A stretch of 64,000 bases of DNA from Planctomycetota bacterium. GTDB taxonomy: Bacteria; Planctomycetota; UBA8108; UBA1146. Both the position numbers and the translations under genes were made by a program. The stretch is taken from positions 7,303 through 71,302 of the forward strand of contig JAQBGV010000071.1 in assembly GCA_032128395.1 (NCBI GenBank), read 5' to 3'. The notes below the pieces were generated by a model, which saw nothing but the letters and a program-made list of their open reading frames with translations, was not told the origin of the DNA and searched no databases. This document shows, in pieces, positions 55,699 to 64,000 of the stretch. Each line of letters opens with the position of its first letter. Position 1 is the stretch's first letter.

Positions 55699-57891
55699 AT
55701 GGCACCGGTCTCATCGATGCGGGGATGGGGGTCCCGACTCTGGGGGTGGTCGGGAGCGACCGCCGCCGTTCTCGTCGCGGGACTCGTTTTCGCCGGTTGC
55801 GCAGCGGACCGAAACTCATTCGGTCTGACCGGGCGCGCGAACGTTCCCACCCTCGGGTTCCCGATCGGCACACCGACCGCGGACAACGTGTCGGTCGTAC
55901 GCGCGTTCCCCGCGCTCTCTTTCTCGCAACCCCTCTTCCTCACCGCCCCGCCGGATGGGAGCGATCGCATTTTCGTCGTCGAGAAGGGAGGGACGATCCG
56001 AGTCTTCCCGAATGTCGATGGTGCGAGCACGACGACTCAGTACTTCAACATCGCCGTCGACACCGATGGGGAGCAAGGCCTCCTCGGACTCGCGTTCTCC
56101 CCGAACTACTCGAGCGACGGCGCGTTATACGTCTACTACACCGCTCCGAACGCCCCGCGGCGCTCGGTGGTCTCGCGCTTCCTAGTCAGCAGCGATCCCG
56201 ATGTCGCCGATCTCGGGAGCGAGGAGATCCTCCTCGAGATCGCCCAACCGTTCACCAACCACAACGCGGGGATGCTCGCCTTCGGTCCGGATGGATTCCT
56301 TTACATCTCACTCGGAGATGGCGGTTCTGGGGGCGATCCCTTCGGCAACGCCCAGAACCGCACCACTCTTCTCGGCAGCCTGCTCCGAATCGACCCGGAC
56401 GGGGGCACCCCGTACGCGGTCCCCGCCGACAATCCGTTCGTCGGAGAGGGGGGCGGGGTCCGGGAGGAGATCTACGCATTCGGCCTGCGCAATCCGTGGC
56501 GGTTCAGCTTCGACCGCGACACGGGGGACCTGTGGCTGGGGGACGTCGGCCAAGGAGATCGCGAAGAGATCGATCTCGTCAACTCCGGGGACAACCTCGG
56601 GTGGAACCTCTATGAGGGCAATCTCGAGTTCGACAATCCGACCAGCGTTCCGGCGAGCGCGCTCCGCGCACCGGTTCACGACTATTCGCGGATCGAAGGG
56701 GCGAGCGTGACCGGCGGCTACGTCTACCGCGGAACCGCCAGCGCCGCTCTCGACGGCGCCTATATTTACGGCGACTTCGCCAGCGGGACGATCTGGGCGC
56801 TCCTGTGGGATGGAACCCAAGTCGCCTCGAACACCCCGATCGGCACCGTCGGCAGCGTCGCTTCGTTCGGAGAGGACGAGAGCGGCGAGCTGTTCGCGGT
56901 ATCGATCGCCGGGACGATCTGGCGATTCATCGAGACGGGACCGCCCCCTCCCCCCCTCGGAGGGGCGCCGACCCTCCTCTCGGAGACGGGGATCTTCGCC
57001 GACCTGACGACACTGCAGGTGAATCCCGGATTGATCGAGTACGACGTGCAGGTGGATGAGTGGGCGGACGGCGCTCGCCTGAGGCGTTGGATCTTCCTCC
57101 CCGGCACGTCACAGATCGACTTCACCGCCACCAGCGATTGGGAGTTCCCGGTCGGGACCGTCCTGGTGAAACACTTCGAGATCGATCTCGACGCGACCGC
57201 GGTGCGGCGCCTCGAGACTCGAGTGCTCGTGCGCGACGTGCAGCAGTGGCGATTCCACCTGTACCGATGGAACCCAGAGGAGACCGACGCGGAGCTCGAT
57301 ATCGATGGGCACGACGAGTCCTTGACGGTGGACACCGACGCCGGACCGCTGACCTTCAACTGGCACTACCCAGCCCCGGCGGAGTGCGTCGCGTGCCACT
57401 CCGGTGCGGCCGGCAGAGTGCTCGGGGTGCGCACCCGTCAGATGAATCGCGACTTCGCGTTCCCGAAGACGGTGGACAACCAGCTGCGCGCTTGGAACCA
57501 CGTGGGTCTCTTCACGACGAACATCGGCGCCGCCCCGCTCTACCCACTCTTCCCCGATCCATTCGACCCCGGCACCCCCCTCGCGACCGCCGCGCGGGTC
57601 CTGCTCGCGATCGACTGCGCGATCTGCCACCGCCCGGGGGGGAGCGCTCCGGCGGGGATGGATCTCCGCTTCGACGTTCCGAGCGACGCCAAGCAGCTCA
57701 TCGGAGTCGCGCCGAGTTCGGGGGACCTCGGCCTTCCGGGCGCGCTTCTGGTGACTCCGGGGGACCGGACGATGAGCATCCTCTACGAGCGGATGTCGCG
57801 GCTGGATGCGACGCGGATGGCTCCGACCTCGGGGCGACTCGATGAGTCTGGTCTGGAGATCATCGGGGATTGGATCGACGGGCTGCCGTAG
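55699..57891 (+). CDS. PQQ-dependent sugar (glucose/sorbosone) dehydrogenase beta-propeller fused to a C-terminal domain with two CxxCH motifs
   Basis: N-terminal signal/TM. EQGLLGLAFSPNY, HNAGMLAFGPDGFLYISLGDGG and GLRNPWRFSFD (sGDH family). C-terminal LSETGIFAD...ECVACH...IDCAICH, which I recall as the TIGR03806-type module. Confidence 0.75.
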   Translation: MAPVSSMRGWGSRLWGWSGATAAVLVAGLVFAGCAADRNSFGLTGRANVPTLGFPIGTPTADNVSVVRAFPALSFSQPLFLTAPPDGSDRIFVVEKGGTIRVFPNVDGASTTTQYFNIAVDTDGEQGLLGLAFSPNYSSDGALYVYYTAPNAPRRSVVSRFLVSSDPDVADLGSEEILLEIAQPFTNHNAGMLAFGPDGFLYISLGDGGSGGDPFGNAQNRTTLLGSLLRIDPDGGTPYAVPADNPFVGEGGGVREEIYAFGLRNPWRFSFDRDTGDLWLGDVGQGDREEIDLVNSGDNLGWNLYEGNLEFDNPTSVPASALRAPVHDYSRIEGASVTGGYVYRGTASAALDGAYIYGDFASGTIWALLWDGTQVASNTPIGTVGSVASFGEDESGELFAVSIAGTIWRFIETGPPPPPLGGAPTLLSETGIFADLTTLQVNPGLIEYDVQVDEWADGARLRRWIFLPGTSQIDFTATSDWEFPVGTVLVKHFEIDLDATAVRRLETRVLVRDVQQWRFHLYRWNPEETDAELDIDGHDESLTVDTDAGPLTFNWHYPAPAECVACHSGAAGRVLGVRTRQMNRDFAFPKTVDNQLRAWNHVGLFTTNIGAAPLYPLFPDPFDPGTPLATAARVLLAIDCAICHRPGGSAPAGMDLRFDVPSDAKQLIGVAPSSGDLGLPGALLVTPGDRTMSILYERMSRLDATRMAPTSGRLDESGLEIIGDWIDGLP

Positions 57892-57910
57892 GGAGTGGGG
57901 TGCCGGTCCC

Positions 57911-58801
57911 CTACCCCGTGACGAACTCGCGGGCTCGGTCCGCTTGCGAAAGGATGTCCTCGCCGAGTTGAGCTCGCTCGATCCCTGCGAGCAGCGGGAC
58001 GAGGTGGACCGGGAGATCACCCAGCGGCGCTGCGGATCCCACGATTCGCGGGCGACCGAGTCGGTTCGCGAGCTCGTTCCCGAGCGAGACGATCTCGACC
58101 GCCCTACGCATCTCGGGATCCGACTCTTCCCACTCGGGTGGACCCGCGGCGGCATCGTGGTGATCGCGGATCACGTGCCGGACGAGCGGTGGGAGCGACC
58201 AATGCTCCGCGAGCCACGCCCCGAGCAGCGTATGTTCGACGCCGATCGCAGTCCGCTCCGCCTCGAGGGGATCCACCGACTCCTCCAGGACCAGTCGCTC
58301 CGCCTCTTTCGCCTCGGCGGTGAGGTAGCGTCGGGCGACGAGCACTCCGATGTCGTGGAGAAGCCCCGCAGTGAAGAGGTCATCCTTGATCGGGAGACGG
58401 TTCATCTCGCAGAGGTGGCGCGCCGCACATGCCGTGACCAGCGAGTGCTCCCAGAACTGAGTCGCGGCTTCGTCGTTGCCGAAGGCGCCGCGGACCGAGA
58501 CGCTGATCGCGAGCGAACGGACCGAGTTGAAGCCGACCAGCGTGATCGCGTGCTTCAGGGACGACACGGGGCGGGGAAGCGAGTAGAAGGCCGAGTTGAC
58601 CAGCTTGAGCACTTTGGCCGAGAGGGCCTGGTCGTGTTCCATCACCTTCGCCAGGTCTTGGCTCGAGGAATTCGGGTTTTCGGCGACCTCGGTGAGGCGA
58701 GCGATGACGAGCGGGAAGCTCGGGATGTCGTAGATCCGCTGCACCACGCGCTTCAGTCGCGCGTGGGCGCTGTGATCGGGCACGCCCGTGCTCGGCTGCA
58801 T
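57911..58801 (-). CDS. HDOD-domain signalling protein (stand-alone)
   Basis: Start trimmed to ATG 58801. IPSFPLVIARLTEV, VLKLVNSAFY, ITLVGFNSVRSLA and GLLHDIG are typical HDOD. 296 aa, no other domain seen. Confidence 0.78.
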   Translation of the reverse strand: MQPSTGVPDHSAHARLKRVVQRIYDIPSFPLVIARLTEVAENPNSSSQDLAKVMEHDQALSAKVLKLVNSAFYSLPRPVSSLKHAITLVGFNSVRSLAISVSVRGAFGNDEAATQFWEHSLVTACAARHLCEMNRLPIKDDLFTAGLLHDIGVLVARRYLTAEAKEAERLVLEESVDPLEAERTAIGVEHTLLGAWLAEHWSLPPLVRHVIRDHHDAAAGPPEWEESDPEMRRAVEIVSLGNELANRLGRPRIVGSAAPLGDLPVHLVPLLAGIERAQLGEDILSQADRAREFVTG

Positions 58802-58920
58802 TCCCGCGACCCCCGGTGAAAGCCCTCGCCAGAACGGACCCGTCGGTGGACGGAGTCCTCCCTGGAAGAGTACCCCGGAGGGCAGAATCGAGCCGGTGGG
58901 CTCGATAGGGCGAGCCGAGA

Positions 58921-59958
58921 TCACCCCTCCTCGAGGAGTGCACCCACCGAGGCGAGGGGCGCGAGGCCCCGCTCCGCCAGCTGCTCTCCGACCGAGGAAA
59001 AGAGCCCGAGACCGTGAGGTCCGAAGGCCCCGGCGGCGGCGATGCGCCCGGCTCGGCTGCCGAGAACCACTCCCGCAGGGTCGCAGGCCAGGCGAGGCAG
59101 AGCACGCCCCCGGCGGACCCCTCCGTTCACGATCCACGGGAACCGATCTGCCTCGGCACGACGGAACTTCTCGAGGAGGGTCCAGTCGACGGCGCAGTCC
59201 CCTCCGAGCTCCCCGTCGACGGCGAGCTCGAGCTCCCACTCCGAAGCGCCGATGGGGGTGAGAGTGGCACGAGATTCCGGAAGCCACACCACCGTTCCCC
59301 CTTCCTGCGCCGTCGCGAGCTCGAACGAATGCACGATCTCGACCCGCCAATCGTGGCGCACCCCGAGGGAGTCGAGGAACCTTGGGTTGTCGGCGCCGGC
59401 GGCGAGATGAACCCGCGCCGCCCGCCCCGCCCGCCCCTGAGCGGTGACGTGAACCCCGTCCTCTGCCTCCCGGAGTTCCAGGACCTCGGTGTCCAGGAGC
59501 AATCGACCGCCTTGTGCCCGGATCCGCGCATGGAGTGCAGAAATGATGGGCAGAGTCTCGATCGCACCGTCCGCGGGTGAGAATCGGGCATCCGTGGACG
59601 GGGTGAGCTCCCACGGGAAGCGCTCGGCGACCTCAGACGGAACCAGGCGCTCACACCCGGGGGGTGTCGCCTCGTCCGCGGGAATGCGGAGCGAGCCGCA
59701 CCGGAGGAAGGGGAGCTCTTCATCGAGGTACTCCCGCCCCCCTTCGAGGAGGACTCGTCCCCGGTCCTCGAGTGCGGTGAGGGCGGGATGTCCGTCGCGG
59801 ATGACGGCCCCGGAGCGCCCCGGGCGCCCAGCGCTCAGCGCTCCACCGCGCTCGGCCACCCACACCCCTCGAGCCCCGCGCCGGAGGAGGTGGTCGGCGG
59901 TCGCGAGCCCGAGCAGGCCAGCGCCGACGACGAAATGCTCGCACTCGAACGGCTTCAC
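58921..59958 (-). CDS. FAD-dependent oxidoreductase (DAO/glycine-oxidase-like)
   Basis: GTG 59958 preceded by GAAGGAGGGAG. FVVGAGLLGLATADHL dinucleotide-binding motif. 345 aa. The upstream 62 codons of the track ORF overlap the divergent lipoprotein gene and were dropped. Confidence 0.7.
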   Translation of the reverse strand: MKPFECEHFVVGAGLLGLATADHLLRRGARGVWVAERGGALSAGRPGRSGAVIRDGHPALTALEDRGRVLLEGGREYLDEELPFLRCGSLRIPADEATPPGCERLVPSEVAERFPWELTPSTDARFSPADGAIETLPIISALHARIRAQGGRLLLDTEVLELREAEDGVHVTAQGRAGRAARVHLAAGADNPRFLDSLGVRHDWRVEIVHSFELATAQEGGTVVWLPESRATLTPIGASEWELELAVDGELGGDCAVDWTLLEKFRRAEADRFPWIVNGGVRRGRALPRLACDPAGVVLGSRAGRIAAAGAFGPHGLGLFSSVGEQLAERGLAPLASVGALLEEG

Positions 59959-60113
59959 TGCTCCCTCCTTCCCGTCCGCCGGAACGTACGCGGGGGGATC
60001 GTCGAAATCCAGGGGGCTGGCCCACCCCAGCTCGCTCCGTATCGAGTCCTTGCCTGGACGGGACACCTCTCTCTTGGCAACATCGCCGCGCCTCGACCCG
60101 GAAGGGAGACCCT

Positions 60114-60521
60114 GTGCCGCGCAAGCCGCGCTCACGAGTCCCATGCGTCCTCCTCGTCCTCCTCCTGATCCCGCTGACGGGTTGCATGGACACTCCGGAT
60201 CGGACCGGGGATCCGCGCCGGGATCTCAAGAGTTCCGATGACACGGTCAAGGTCCTCGCCGCTCAGGAAGCCGCGCGTCGGCGCGATCCTTCCCTGATCC
60301 CCCAGCTCATCGACCTTCTCTCCGATGACGAGTTGTACGTGCGCCTCAATGCCCACATGGCGCTGGGTGTACTCTCGAACCAGAAGCAGTTCGGCTACTT
60401 CTATCTCGACCCCGCGAAGAAGCGCGCCGAGGCCATCCGCCGCTACCGGGAGTGGTTCGAGGCGACCGGAGGGGTCGACCCCCCCGCCGGGACAGCGGGG
60501 ACCGCTCCCCCGACCCCTTAG
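60114..60521 (+). CDS. lipoprotein with HEAT-like repeat, unknown function
   Basis: GTG after GGAAGGGAG. Lipobox LIPLTGC. LIPQLIDLLSDDELYVRLNAHMALG is HEAT-like. Confidence 0.6.
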   Translation: MPRKPRSRVPCVLLVLLLIPLTGCMDTPDRTGDPRRDLKSSDDTVKVLAAQEAARRRDPSLIPQLIDLLSDDELYVRLNAHMALGVLSNQKQFGYFYLDPAKKRAEAIRRYREWFEATGGVDPPAGTAGTAPPTP

Positions 60522-60561
60522 CGGACGTCCGCCGCTTCAGCCCCACTTCCTCCTCGCCGAT

Positions 60562-61371
60562 ATGGGGAAGGAGAACCGTTCCGCGGTGGGGAGCCGGCAG
60601 ATGTTCCGAAGGAAGATGGTCGCAGTCGGTGAGTGGGGCACCTCCATCGGCCACGCTCTCTACTGGATCGTCCCGCAGACTTTCCGGCGACGGCGAGGGC
60701 ACGTCCCCCCCGTGCGGGTGTTCGAGCAGCTCGACCGGTTCGCGATCGGGGTGCTTCCCCTCCTGATCGTCGTGCTCGGTTTCGTCGGGATGATCCTCGC
60801 CCTGCAGCTCGCAACGATCCTCAAACTTCTCGGCGTGGTCGAGTTCCTCCCCGACATCGTCGGCGTCGCGATGGTCCGAGAGATGGCACCGCTCCTGGTC
60901 GGGATCGTGCTGGCCGGCTTCGCCGGGGCTTCGATCGCCAGCGAGATCGGCAGCATGAGAGTGTCGGAGGAACTCCGCGCCTACGAAAGCTTCTCGATCC
61001 CCCCCACCCGTTACCTGCTCGCCCCTCGACTGGTCGCGATCGCGATCGCCGCCCCCCTGGTCACCGCGTTCGGCTTCTACGTGGGGATCGGCGGGGGTCT
61101 GCTCATTTCGGAGGGAGTGCTCGGCATGGAGGCGGGACAGTACCTGACCCGAACCGCGATGGCCCTCGGCATCGAGGATGTCCTCCTCGGTCTCCTGAAG
61201 GGAGAAGCATTCGGGATCGTCGTGGTCTCGATCGCTTGGTTCGAAGGGAACCGCGTCACCGACGGAGCGACCGGCGTCGGCCGCGCGACCACGGCTGCGG
61301 TCGTCAAGTCGATCGTCGCGGTGATCGCGACCGACCTGCTGCTGACGATGCTCTTTTTCCAGATGGGATGA
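60562..61371 (+). CDS. mlaE: MlaE-family ABC permease
   Basis: 269 aa from ATG 60562. VREMAPLLVGIVLAGFAGASIASEIGSMRVSEELRAYE is the conserved MlaE/YrbE core. Confidence 0.75.
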   Translation: MGKENRSAVGSRQMFRRKMVAVGEWGTSIGHALYWIVPQTFRRRRGHVPPVRVFEQLDRFAIGVLPLLIVVLGFVGMILALQLATILKLLGVVEFLPDIVGVAMVREMAPLLVGIVLAGFAGASIASEIGSMRVSEELRAYESFSIPPTRYLLAPRLVAIAIAAPLVTAFGFYVGIGGGLLISEGVLGMEAGQYLTRTAMALGIEDVLLGLLKGEAFGIVVVSIAWFEGNRVTDGATGVGRATTAAVVKSIVAVIATDLLLTMLFFQMG

Positions 61372-62246
61372 TGATGACCGACGACATCACGGTCGCCTCG
61401 TCCCCGGTCGAGGTAGCCCCGAAGGAACCAGGCGACGCGCGTGACATCGTGGTCCGCATCGAGGACGTGCACGTCTCCTTCGAGGGGCGCGAGATCCTGC
61501 GCGGGATCGACCTCACCGTGCGACGGGGCGAGACGCTGGTGATCCTCGGCGGCTCCGGGTGCGGGAAGTCTACGCTCCTCAACTGCCTCACCGGCACCCT
61601 CGTCCCCACGCGCGGGAGCGTGGAAGTGCTCGGCTCACGAGTCGATGAACTCGATGCCGCGGCCCTCGACGCACACCGCGTGCAGGTGGGATTCCTGTTT
61701 CAGCACGGGGCACTGTTCGAATCGATGACGGTCCGCGAGAATCTCGCCGTGGTCCTCCACGAGCACACCACGCTCACCGATGAAGAGATCGACATTCTGA
61801 TCAAGATGAAGCTCGAGCTCGTCGGGCTGAGGCAGGCAGTCGACCTGCGCCCCGCGCAGCTCTCCGGTGGGATGCGGAAGCGCATCGCACTCGCTCGCGC
61901 GCTCTCCCTCGATCCCCCGCTGATGCTCTACGACGAACCGGGGGCCGGCCTCGACCCCATCTCCCTCGCATCGGTCGACCGGATCATCGCGACCCTGGCC
62001 CGCGTGCTCGGCATGACCTCCCTGGTGGTCACCCACCACATGGAGAGCGCGCTGCGCATCGCGGACCGTCTGATCTTCCTCCACGGCGGGCAAGTGATCG
62101 CCGAGGGTACTCCCTCGCAGTTCCGTGAACACACCGACCCGCGCCTGAGACAGTTCCTCGACGGCGACGCCGAGGGTCCGCTCAACGAGCCCGGACTCGA
62201 CGACGACTACGCCGTCTCGCTCCTCGGAAAGGAACTCGCCCAGTGA
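61368..62246 (+). CDS. mlaF: MlaF-like ABC ATP-binding protein
   Basis: ATG overlaps the mlaE stop (ATGA). GGSGCGKST, LSGGMRKRIALARAL, YDEPGAGLDP and THH. Confidence 0.78.
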   Translation: MMMTDDITVASSPVEVAPKEPGDARDIVVRIEDVHVSFEGREILRGIDLTVRRGETLVILGGSGCGKSTLLNCLTGTLVPTRGSVEVLGSRVDELDAAALDAHRVQVGFLFQHGALFESMTVRENLAVVLHEHTTLTDEEIDILIKMKLELVGLRQAVDLRPAQLSGGMRKRIALARALSLDPPLMLYDEPGAGLDPISLASVDRIIATLARVLGMTSLVVTHHMESALRIADRLIFLHGGQVIAEGTPSQFREHTDPRLRQFLDGDAEGPLNEPGLDDDYAVSLLGKELAQ

Positions 62247-63391
62247 CCCGCTCCGACCCGCGCTTCCGCGTCGGCCTCGTGCTGACGGTGTTCTGCGCGC
62301 TCCTGTTCGTGCTGGTCTTCTCCCTCGACGGGACCCTCTCCTTCATCAAGGGGAGCTCCCGCGTGAGGGTTCGATTCTCGACCGCACAGGGGCTGATGAA
62401 GCACGACCCGGTGCACTTCCACGGTGTGCCGTGTGGGCGAGTCGTGGAGCTCATGTTCGATCCTCCCCGCGCGAATGGGATCGCTCGGGCCGAGACGGAG
62501 TCGCCGACGATGGAAGAACCCGAAGTCTCGGTCCTGCTGACGCTAGAAATTCCCCCGCACGTCCGGGAGTACCTCCGTCGAGGCTCCCGCGCCTCGATCG
62601 AGAAAACTCTGACCGGTGTGACCGTCGTCAGCCTCCAGCAGGGGAGCGGGCTTCCACTCGCGGACGACGAGATCCTCGTCGGAGCGAACGAGGCGACGAT
62701 CGCCGACGTGACGGGAGCGATGGCGGTCGCGGTGAGGAGCCTCGCGCGCATCCTCGGCGACCTCGAGCCGGTCGCCGCCACGCTCCGGGAAGAGGGGACG
62801 CTGACCGCCACGTTCTCCCGTTTCTCGGAGGCGGCGGAGGAGATCAGAGATCTGGCCGCCTCGATGCAGCGCACTACGCGAGACCTCGCGGAACCGTTGA
62901 AGGAGCTGACCGAGCGCGCGGGAGTGGTCATCGATGAACTCCAGCGCAGCGTGCAAGAGGTCCCGGACACCCTCGCCGAACTGCGTGGATCGATCCGTCG
63001 GGCCGGAGAGGTCGCGGACGATGCGCGGAGGCTCCTCAGCGATTCCGGCCCGCACTGGCGCTCGACGAGTGAGGACATCGCCCAGGCCGGCGCAAACCTG
63101 CGTGCGCTCTCATCCGAACTCCGCCGCCGCCCCTGGCGCCTGCTCAAGTCGCCCAATTCGAAGGACGCGGCAGCGATCGACCTCTACGAGACCGCATCCC
63201 GGTACGCCGACGGCGCGCTCGAGGTGCGCCGAGCGCTCGAGTTGGTGCGCGGGGCGCTCGAGCGCCGAAGCTCGGACGCCGAAGCGAATCGGCATCTAGC
63301 GGAAGCCCTTGCGACTCTGGAGGCGAGCGTCGCGAACCAAAGTGCGACCGAACAGGCATTCTGGGAGAGGATGGGGGCGATCGAAGACTAG
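62243..63391 (+). CDS. MlaD/MCE-domain protein with long C-terminal helical region
   Basis: 4-nt overlap with mlaF. N-terminal TM (VGLVLTVFCALLFVLVF), an MCE-like beta domain (RVRVRFSTAQGLMKHDPVHFHGVPCGRV), then about 230 aa that look helical. Confidence 0.65.
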   Translation: MTRSDPRFRVGLVLTVFCALLFVLVFSLDGTLSFIKGSSRVRVRFSTAQGLMKHDPVHFHGVPCGRVVELMFDPPRANGIARAETESPTMEEPEVSVLLTLEIPPHVREYLRRGSRASIEKTLTGVTVVSLQQGSGLPLADDEILVGANEATIADVTGAMAVAVRSLARILGDLEPVAATLREEGTLTATFSRFSEAAEEIRDLAASMQRTTRDLAEPLKELTERAGVVIDELQRSVQEVPDTLAELRGSIRRAGEVADDARRLLSDSGPHWRSTSEDIAQAGANLRALSSELRRRPWRLLKSPNSKDAAAIDLYETASRYADGALEVRRALELVRGALERRSSDAEANRHLAEALATLEASVANQSATEQAFWERMGAIED

Positions 63392-64000
63392 GACTTGGGG
63401 TGTGCGTCGATCGCGGCCCCGAGTACCCCTTCGAACCGCCCCTCCAAGTCCGCCGGGAACCCCTCCACCGCTCTCGTCGCCTTCCCCTTCTCGTCCAGCC
63501 AGAGGAGCGCCGGCCACTCTCGCCACGGGCGGAACGCCTTGCGCAGCGAGACCGTCGGCAGACCGATCGGGAGCGTCACTCCCATCTCCTGGCGGTAGAG
63601 CGCGAGCTGCTCGAGCTGGTCCTTCTTCGTCTTCCCCGAGCACTCGACGAGCACCAGCGCCCGGAAGCGCTTGGTACCCTTCTTCGCGTGCTCGATGAAG
63701 GTATAGAGCGCCGTGAGATCTTGCGGGTCCCCCGCGCGGACGATGAGGATGGCGAACGGGAGGCCTTTCCCCTCCGCGCACTGGTGCTCGACCCCTTGGT
63801 CGTCGCACCAGTTCGCCGCGGAGAGATCGTGCCCCGGCAAAGTTCCCTTCTCCCGGCGATCCCGCCACGCCTGCCCGAATGTTTCGAGGGCGGCACGAAA
63901 GCTCTCGTCCTGCTCGCGCAGCGCAGCGAGACCCGCATCCGCCGGGAACTTCTCCGGTTCTTTCCAGCCGCGTTCCGCGGCGGCGCCGAGCGCGACGATG
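63388..64000 (-). CDS. thioredoxin-fold (TlpA/redoxin-like) hypothetical protein, 5' end probably beyond the window
   Basis: The frame stays open from 63388 to the window edge; my own translation upstream of the TTG at 63840 gives ...IVALGAAAERGWKEPEKFPADAGL... The C-terminal PALLWLDEKGKATRAVEGF resembles redoxin ends. No CxxC seen. Confidence 0.4.
   Translation of the reverse strand, partial: IVALGAAAERGWKEPEKFPADAGLAALREQDESFRAALETFGQAWRDRREKGTLPGHDLSAANWCDDQGVEHQCAEGKGLPFAILIVRAGDPQDLTALYTFIEHAKKGTKRFRALVLVECSGKTKKDQLEQLALYRQEMGVTLPIGLPTVSLRKAFRPWREWPALLWLDEKGKATRAVEGFPADLEGRFEGVLGAAIDAHPKS

Noticed and set aside
57892-57910. Bidirectional terminator between the PQQ-dehydrogenase and HDOD genes (gtaggg...ccctac).
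   Set aside because: Only a 6-bp stem with a 15-nt loop and no U-tract, too weak to report as a feature.

Overview
High-GC (roughly 57-72% in hand-counted 60-nt lines) bacterial chromosomal segment, densely coding on both strands with many 1-4 nt start/stop overlaps. I found no rRNA, tRNA, CRISPR array, transposase, integrase or phage genes. The content is mostly housekeeping. It includes an envelope-glycan block (FapA-like, hldC, gmd, rmd, uppP), the elongasome operon mreB-mreC-mreD-mrdA-rodA, and ribE-gltX-PHP. It also includes rho with a long Arg/Gly/Gln-rich repeat extension, a fused aroD/aroE, an ATP-grasp + SDR pair, and an ArnT-like glycosyltransferase. Further along are a long-type deoC next to a two-domain ALDH16-like dehydrogenase, an acyl-CoA synthetase with a class IV aminotransferase, a PQQ-type sugar dehydrogenase fused to a di-CxxCH domain, an HDOD protein and an MlaEFD-like module. 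A 'small basic protein' and the aroDE fusion hint at a PVC/Planctomycetota-like lineage; this is inference only. The most unusual structure is a 24-kb concentration of four family-5 SBP peptide-type ABC importer modules with only one ATPase pair. One permease carries a homopolymer frameshift, one module has permeases with large extracytoplasmic insertions, and a 1033-aa membrane-anchored protein built from about nine carboxypeptidase-regulatory-like repeats sits in the middle. Other items worth a second look are two long gene-free intervals (12235-12939 and 17653-18568) with phased 15-17 bp tandem repeats, a 26-codon ORF coupled at both ends between aroDE and the ATP-grasp ligase, and a TM coiled-coil protein mini-operon directly upstream of mreB. 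I see no clear defence, mobile or RiPP system, and all functional calls come from reading motifs by eye without database searches.
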